Origin: Octopus vulgaris
Lineage: Eukaryota
Direction: 5' to 3'
Length of the DNA: 64,000 bases
Assembly: GCA_951406725.2 (NCBI GenBank)
Contig: OX597824.1
Span: 46,934,001-46,998,000 of the forward strand
Shown: one piece after another, positions 56,190-64,000 of the stretch
Position numbering within the stretch: position 1 is the first letter of the stretch
Layout: every line of letters starts with the position of its first letter
The notes under the pieces: generated by a model
The model's input: only the letters and a program-made list of their open reading frames with translations
What the model was told of the DNA's origin: nothing
The model's database searches: none
Made by a program: the position numbers and the translations under genes

Positions 56190-57126
56190 TACGTGTGTAA
56201 AAGGAAGAGGGACTGACCACTAACCACTAACACGCTGAAGTAACATACACCTTTTGCCTTTTTGTGATGGTAATGGGATGATAGTAATATTATGAGCTGT
56301 AGTTGTGATAGAGGCGGAGGCGGCGGTGATGGTGGTAGTGTTGGTGGTGATAATAGCCGAGGCGGTGAGGGATAAAGTGAGAGTAAGCGATGTGAAAGAC
56401 AGTGGTGAAAGACAGAGGGGAAGGCGGCGAAGTCAAAGGTATTGATGGTGGTAGCGCCAGAAGTCTGAATGGTGTGTGTATGGCAGATGGTGGTGGTACT
56501 GTTATTCATCATGCAGCATTGCAATAAGTTCCAAGTTGACATATTCTATCATTGTTTTGATGAAAATTGTTCATTACTTGAAAAATATTGCTAAAGTTTA
56601 ATAAAATTTAGTATGTACTCAATGCATGAAGTGTCATTGTTGGGCCAAGGCCTAATGAAGAGCCCTCCACAGGAGCTAGCTTAAAAGCCGCCCTATATAT
56701 ATATGAGAAAGAGAGAGAGATGGCAATGAAATAAATGATTATCTTATAAACTTCATTAGCTTACAGCTGTTTACACTATGAGATGCAATCGGAGCCTCGA
56801 ATATGAAGTGAAGTTTATTTGGGAAAGAATTGCATTTGTGATTATATAGGGAAAGCTCGTTAACGTATCATTCTACAAAACATATAGAATATAAAGTAAG
56901 GCACAAGAGAAAACCATTAAGTTATAAATAATGAGAGAAATATAGTATGATAAAATTTATTTAACCATTGGAAATTCTTATTTAAGGTCAATTGTTTCAC
57001 AACATAATAAAACATGTATGCTTAAGGCTAAGCTGATGAAAATTCTTGTTATATTCTGTGAGTGAGGAAGCTTAAGTTTCATCTTGAATTCGTACACTCA
57101 TTTTTTAAAACTTTTTTTTCTTTCAG

Positions 57127-57273
57127 TAACTAAAATAGAATGCCGCTACTACGGAAAAGCATACATCATTGGACAAACGTTCGAAGCCGTAGATAAATGT
57201 AACCAGTGCATTTGCAAGTACACTGGAGCTGTTGTATGCACCGAAAAAATATGCCCTTACTCAAAAATTACAG
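57127..57273 (+). CDS. Exon/module 15: VTKIECRYYGKAYIIGQTFEAVDKCNQCICKYTGAVVCTEKICPYSKIT(G)
   Basis: ttttcag| acceptor, G|gtaata donor, 147 nt. Confidence 0.88.
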
Positions 57274-57555
57274 GTAATAACTAAAAGATTCTTTCCAAAC
57301 AGATTTTACTGATCACTAGTTAAGTTCTGACGCACAACATCTCCAACTTCTTTACTAGAGTTAAATTTCAATTTTTCAGTCACTTTCTGTGTTATATTCA
57401 GTATACTCGGTGTTACAGACCGAAACGTAGACAGAACGAGTTTAAAAATGGAAAAACACTTATTCGTGTAAAATGAAAGGCAGTCACGATAATTGTTGTT
57501 TATGTGACAACTTGCATGGTCCATTTCTTACAGGCTGGTCTTTGATTTTGCTATA

Positions 57556-58790
57556 CACTGAACTGCGAAAGAAACGTGAGACGTGTGTGACTGTGACATA
57601 TGTTTTAATTTCATTATGTCAGAGATAAATTTTGATAAACCTGATCAAGTCAATTTCTTGGATGCACTTTGACCACAGTCTGTGGGTTGTTGTCATGTGT
57701 TCTGGTAGTGGGCGGATCCAGCACATCGAGATTGTAGGGCGTGACATGTTCCATACCGCGTATGCCCTTCCTTGGTGTTCAAAACGGCCACACACCGTCG
57801 GTACAGGGAATACGTGAGGCAGTTCACAAAAACCATTGGCACCTGAGCCTACACACTGAGGAAAGCTGCATTCAGTTTCACACTAGTTGTCGGCCTTGGG
57901 ACCACCCGGTTCAGCCGTCTCAGGATTTCATCTCACAGGTGTTCAATTGAGTTCAAATCCGGGCTGAGAGCCGGTCACGGCCTGGTTCTAATGTTGTGCT
58001 GATGCAAGAAGTCCATGGTGACCCTCGCCGTGTGGGAGGGAGTACTAGTCTGCTGGAACACATGGCTATGGTGACGCGCGAAAAAGGGCACGATGAAAGG
58101 TCTTAGGCTGTGGTCTACGAAGCGTTGCGCTGTGATGCCATTCCCTCTGCCTGCACTAACATTTTGGAATACATGGGGCTCAATTTTCTGATTCGAGCCT
58201 GTATCACCCCAAACCATGATTCTTTGGCCACCCCACGCGTCTCTCTTCCTGCCATATGCGTCTCTGTATCGTTCACTCCCTCCTACATCATACCTTCACT
58301 CTGCCATCCGAGGTGGAAACGCAGTACCGGCTCTCGTCAGAGAAAACTATTGACCTCGATTGTTGATGCCGCCAGTGTCGGTGCTGTGTATTCCACTGTA
58401 GTCGTGCCTGACCGTGGCGGGTGGTAAGGACAGACCCTCGAGCAGGACGACGGCAACGAAAGTTGTTGGCGACCAGTCGACGTCGTACTGTGTCGTCGCT
58501 GAAGGGTCGTTGTCCTATGCCAATAGTCTCTCGTGCTATCACGCTGGCGGTCTGAAGCGATCACGGATGTGTTGCAGGTAGATGATGTAGTCCTGCCTGG
58601 CCGTGGTCACCTGGAGGCGCCCTCTGCAGGCTGTTAGTGTTGTATCACTGTTGCAGGTGATAGATAGTGCTGACATGGACATTGTAAGCTTTCACAACAA
58701 CCAGGGCACGCTACTTTGCTTGCAATCAGCCAGTAGCTTGTTCTCTCTGCGCTGCTAACAATCGGGGAATACATGATGCTTCCAAATTAC
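57556..58790 (-). mobile_element. Tc1-like transposon, degenerate
   Basis: TVRRRL...IVFSDESRYCVSTSDGRVKV, MVWG, VFQQTSTPSHTAR, PALSPDLNSIEHL; begins TA|CACTG. Confidence 0.85.
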
Positions 58791-58794
58791 GAAT

Positions 58795-60310
58795 TTATTT
58801 AAAATCAACTATAAAGAGTTAAAAATAAACGGGACCGCACAAGGACAGACAAAAACACATAAGTGGGGGGAAAATGAATGAAAAATAGATGAAATAAAAT
58901 TAATGAAGGGGTAGAATGACGGCCACTCGAACCCCACACTCCGAGTGACCACATTGAACTCTTTTACAACCAATTACACTATTAAAGATTTTCCATCATT
59001 TTCAAAAATATCTAGAAGACTCACCGTAGATGGCAATGTTTCGATATCGGCTTCAAGGTTCGTAAGGTACACACTTCTCCCGAACTCCTCCTTCAGTCTG
59101 CGAAATTTCCTTCTGCTAACAATAACACATCTCATATTTAAGGGATACTTCGTACAAGCAGGAATATCAATTTTCAGTGTCCGTTAAGCTGTCAATTTCT
59201 TTCGTGAGCACATTATTCAGTTCATTGAAAGCTATAACACAACTCTTTTCACAAGGTGGGGGCTGGGGGATTTGGGGCTCTTGTATGTCTGCTTGTGTGT
59301 CCGTAGGGTCAGGCTCAGGGTCAATGTTTTGTGGGGCAAGACGAGGACTGGTGTCCGTGGGGGTAGGGAGAGGTAGAGTGGAGCAGGAAAGGGTGGGTGT
59401 AGGGTGGGGTCATCATCACTGGTGCGATTTCGCTTCCTTTTCTCTATTTCTTTTGGTGACTTTATTCCATCCATTTGCTCTCTATTCCTCCCTTCTTTCT
59501 TTTCTGTCGCTCATGGCTCCTCTTCGCATACTCCCTCATTTGACGCCTCAATAGTTGGAAGTGCGGTTTCCCTCATTACCGGTGGGACCACAAATGCCTT
59601 TGCGAGAGGTGGAGGGCATTCCGCTCTTATGTGGCCCTTCTGGCCACACTTATAGCAACGCGGCTTTCTGCCCTCCCTTACAACTTTCAGTCTCTTATCA
59701 CCCACCGCAATGGTGTCGATGATATTTTCTAAATCTCCCGGATGATCATTTCCAGTCCCTTCCCCAGTTAGTTCTGCGTTAGTGTTCTCGTGGCTTGGAG
59801 GATCGATATTTTCTCTTCCAAGCCCACCGTTATTGCTGCGACCAACTAGGCAACATCCACCTCCGGTGGTATCTCCTCTACCCTTACTTTGCCTTTCATC
59901 CTTTCGGAGTCGATAAATTAAGTACCAGTTACGCACTGGGGTCGATGTAATCGACTTAATACCTATGTCTGTCCTTGTTTGTCCCCTCTATGTTTAGCCC
60001 CTTGTGGGTAATAAAGAAATAGGTAATAATATAATTTCCTGTTTTCAGAGAGGCCACGGAGTGTTGCCTGGTCTTTTCTTCTGTTGGGAACCGCACTTCC
60101 ACTGTAGCGTATTTGGCGCCCCTGGCCAGGTACGAGATTTCCGTTTAGACGGATGCCAAGCACTTTTCAATTTGTACCTTGGTTGCCATTTCAATTTTCT
60201 TCTCCTTTATCACAAATGTCTTAAATATCACTGTATTCTTGCAAATGTCCCTCGTAATTTCTTTAGGAGGGGTCAGTTCTACCTCGAACCTTTTCAAACA
60301 CTGTCTATCC
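58795..60310 (-). mobile_element. L1/Tx1-like element with gag-like ORF1 remnant, interrupted by a family-C SINE
   Basis: VVREGRKPRCYKCGQKGHIRAECPP (CCHC knuckle); architecture similar to 22006-23299. Confidence 0.65.
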
Positions 60311-60319
60311 AGAGCTTAA

Positions 60320-61046
60320 CAGTTATTTCCAGGACCTCAATGTATGCGGCAGAGTTAACTCTAAGGCCTTATGGAAAGAAGCAAGGAGGCATCACATGTC
60401 CTTCATTGCTGACAACCCCTGAAACCATGACAATTGCAGGAAATTTTATATGCATAACACTTGGAATTTCAGAAGAATCAGCACATGGCCATCTGTCATT
60501 TTTTATCTTGGCCGAAGTTTTTCTCGTTTAAAAAACCCAAATCTGCTGGATTTTTCAGTTTGTTTAAGATCATTTTAGATTTGATGTAGTGATTTTCTTT
60601 TGCTCTTTCTGACAAATTGAACTTTCTTCGTCATATAAGACTTATAATGGATGTCTTCATGGACAACATTTCTGATTGTTCATTCTGATACATGGAGATC
60701 TTTTGCAATTGACCTCATGGAGTTTATGGGATTGTAACCAATGGTCTGTTGAACTTGTTGGATTAATTCAAGTGTTCTGATAATTTCAGAGCGTTTAGAA
60801 TGCTTTTTATGCTTTGATAATGGTGATACGTTTCCATCTTCAGTCTCTAGCTCCTTACAACCTTTACAAACGAAAGATCTGGCAATTTTAAAAATCGGGA
60901 TATTTATAACCAAAATAACAAGTCCCTTCATTTCTTGAGTAAGCTGAGGGTCTGCCATTATTATTTTCTGAAACAAAGATTACACAGAGTTAGCAAAAAT
61001 GCAGCAATGGCCAAAATAAAGCATATCCTCAAATACCTTACGCACC

Positions 61047-61050
<4 letters not shown>
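60320..61050 (-). mobile_element. Tc1/mariner-like transposase 5' remnant
   Basis: IIRTLELIQQVQQTIGYNPINSMRSIAKDLHVSE (HTH region). Confidence 0.6.
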
Positions 61051-61110
<60 letters not shown>

Positions 61111-61139
61111 TTCTCTATTCTTTTATTCTTTAATTTTTT

Positions 61140-61347
61140 TCAGTGATTTGACTGCGGTCATGCTGGACCACCGCCTTGAGTCGAATAAATCGAAGCCAGG
61201 ACTTATTGTTTGTAAGCCTAGTACTTATTCTATCGGTCTCTTTTGCCGAACCAATAAGTTACGGGGACATAAACACAGCAACATCATTTGTCAAGCGATT
61301 GTAGTGGGGGAACAAACACAGACACACAAACCTATATACAGACTTAG

Positions 61348-61389
<42 letters not shown>

Positions 61390-61551
61390 CGGGCTTCTTT
61401 CTGTTTCCGTCTACCAAATCCATTCACAAGGCTTAGATAGGCCTGAGGTTATAGCAGAAGATACTCGTCGAAGGTGCCACGCAGTGAGACTGAACACTAC
61501 ACCAATACGGTTGGGAAGCAAGCTTCTTACCACATAGTCACGCCTGCGCCT
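61140..61551 (-). mobile_element. SINE family A
   Basis: Collinear with 183-569. Confidence 0.8.
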
Positions 61552-62079
61552 ATATATATATATATATTATATCATATTATATTATATTGTATTATATTAT
61601 ATTACATTAGAAACAAAGACCTAGCCCATTTCAAGATGGGTAAGAAGCGAATGCGTTTTTGGTCAAAATTATTATTCTTAACCACGATAATATTTCTCCG
61701 CAAAATTGAAAACATAATCCAATATGTTTGGCTAATTGGCAAGCTATCGATCATTAAATTCTTCGGGTTTCGAAGCAAGGAGACACTGAATGTCATGTTT
61801 AACCTCTTCTTCATGAATAAACTGTTTTCTTTCTAAATAATGTGAAAATTATGTGAAAAGATGACATTAAATTTGGCAAGATGAGGAGAGTAAGGATGAA
61901 GAAGCAACACTTCTAATTTTAGGTCCTTATTGTTTTCCTGGGTAACTTGGTCAATATCAGTATATGATATTCCTTATTTTGTAAGAGCAACAATCCTTTA
62001 TCATTGAGAAATGATAAATGCTTTCTATGCAGATGTTTGTATAACGCCTACAGCTGACAATACTTTTTTGAATTAATTG

Positions 62080-63617
62080 TTTCGAAGAATGTGGTAAAGG
62101 ACGTCAGCAATAGAATCTCCAACTTGTCTTCAAACAAAGAGACTTTTTTTATGTTACACGCCAGTACTATAGTGAGGCTTTGGCCGCCAGCGGTTTCAGG
62201 GATAGAATTAGTTACATGCCAGACCTTAGTCCTTCCAAAAGAAAGCGTCGCCGGAAAGTGTTGTGGTTCACACCACCCTTCCATTCAAATGTTAAAACTC
62301 GAGTAGGTAAGATTTTCCTTAGCTTAGTAGACAAGCACTTACCCCGTGCAAATAAGTTAACCAAAATATTTAATAGGCACACCCTGAGAATTTCCTTTAC
62401 CTGTGCACCCAATGTAAGAAGCATTTTAGTAGGTATGCCCACACCTGAGACAGGATGCTCATGTAGGGGTAAAACAACATGTCCACTGAACGACAACTGT
62501 AATACAAAGATCGTCGTATACGAGGCAGAGGTAACTGCGATGGGACCAAATGGGCAACCAAATGTGCGAAAGTATGTGGGAGCTCCTGAAGGCCCCTTCG
62601 AAAACGCTACAACAACCACAAGTCCTCCTTTAACATCCCGGAGGTACGTAATGCCACAACCCTTGCCAACACGTACTGTCATTGAAAGAAAACACCACCG
62701 AGTACAGCATAAAGTAGAAGATTCTAGAGAAATGTAAAGCGTGTTTCAATAGCAGGAGGAAGTGCAGATTACGCCTGGCTGCGAAAAGGGCGATTTCAAA
62801 GAGCTCCCAGCACCCAGGCATTTACCTGAATAGCAGAAGTGATATATTTAATCCTTGCCTACATGAAAGGAAGTACAGCCTGTTATACATGCGTGCCCCA
62901 TCATTACTATAACCACCAGTCTCCGAACTTCAGCCTTCCACCAATACCTGGGAGTCGGGAAAGAGTTTGACCAGAACATACACTAACACACCCACAAACA
63001 AACACATGCCCCAGCACGGCAGACACCCACCCAATAGACGTTTTTCACCATACCCCCAATATAAGCTCCCAGACATATTGTACACCTACACATACCGCAT
63101 GTATACATAAATGCTCCAAGAATTTAACCAAAATATAGAAGAGAGAAAACACAGTAACGAACACAGACGTGCATGCACCCGCACCACCACCCGAAGCGGC
63201 TATATATATATATAGTAGTACTACACACATTCCATTTCCACAAGAATACCAACCTTAATGGGATACACATTTACCATAAACTCTTTTCCAAAAATATCTT
63301 GCCGGCTTGCAACCCCCCCCCCACAAAAAAACGATATCCGTGCTATCAAGGGACATACCTCTTAACTCAATCACCTGCTCAATTCGTTTCTTCATTGTTT
63401 TCATAGCAACCAGAAACTGGATGTCTATATTCACCTCGAACAACAGAGAACTGTTGCGATAGTTCTAAAGAGCGCAGGGTTACATAATCGGACGGTTATC
63501 TGTGCGAAATCGATTACTAAGATCGGCCGTAATGGATATATTGTACTACACCCTTCAACATAACTACACTACTGACAGGTCTACGAGTGCATTTTCCCTG
63601 ATTAGGGACTCGTAAAC

Positions 63618-63620
<3 letters not shown>
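62080..63620 (+). mobile_element. Penelope-like element 3' half (GIY-YIG plus 3' region)
   Basis: RRRKVLWFTPPFHSNVKTRVGKIFLSLVDKH...IFNRHTLRISFTC...CSCRGKTTCPLNDNCNTKIVVYEAEV...YVG. Confidence 0.88.
63460..63519 (+). ncRNA. Hammerhead ribozyme motif with G5 to A core mutation
   Basis: TAGTT-CTAAAGA-GCGCAG...CTGTGC-GAAA-TCGA-TT-ACTA at the 3' end of the PLE. Confidence 0.6.
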
Positions 63621-63691
<71 letters not shown>

Positions 63692-63797
63692 GTATTTGTA
63701 TACGTTTAAGGCCATGTTGGTAAAAAAATTTTGTCATTATATTCTTTGAGTGAGGAAGCTTCATTTGAATCGGTGCACACTTTTTTGTCTCTTTCAG

Positions 63798-63944
63798 TAA
63801 CTAAAGTAGAATGCCACTATGACGGAAAAGTATACGTAATTGGGCAAATGTTCATAGCCATTGACAAATGCAATCAGTGCACATGCAAGCCCAGCGGAGA
63901 TGTTTTATGTTCCGAAAAGATATGTTCTCACTCAAAAACCACAG
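63798..63944 (+). CDS. Exon/module 16: [49 protein letters not shown](G)
   Basis: ctttcag| acceptor, G|gtaatg donor, 147 nt. Not in the ORF track. Confidence 0.88.
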
Positions 63945-64000
63945 GTAATGCTAATATGTACATACATACTTACATACACACGCACGCACACACACACACA

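Noticed and set aside
56645-56695. Additional hammerhead at GGC-CTAATGA-AGAGC...GCTT-AAAA
   Set aside because: Too degenerate (both core strands altered, no clear stem III) to support.

Overview
AT-rich, microsatellite-dense animal genomic DNA. The SINE families and repeat landscape look like a coleoid cephalopod, probably Octopus (recognition, not a database result). The window lies inside one large + strand gene; neither its start nor its end is visible. It has 15 intact exons and 1 decayed exon. Each intact exon is 135-171 nt, phase 1-1, and encodes one six-cysteine module C-x18-C-N-x-C-x-C-x3-G-x3-C-[TS]-x3-C (one extra residue in module 1), a hybrid of a VWC-type N-terminal half and a pacifastin-type inhibitor loop. 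Spliced in order, the intact exons give about 748 open codons. The last 10 exons arose by tandem duplication of exon plus intron flanks and carry Glu at the pacifastin-equivalent P1 position instead of Lys/Thr. The introns hold a head-to-tail stack of R4/Dong-like LINEs in (TAA)n tracts, Penelope-like (GIY-YIG) remnants with hammerhead ribozyme motifs, a Chapaev3-like transposon, Tc1/mariner, Helitron and L1/Tx1-like pieces, SINEs, MITEs, long palindromes and minisatellites. Exon coordinates were read base by base; most TE boundaries are approximate.
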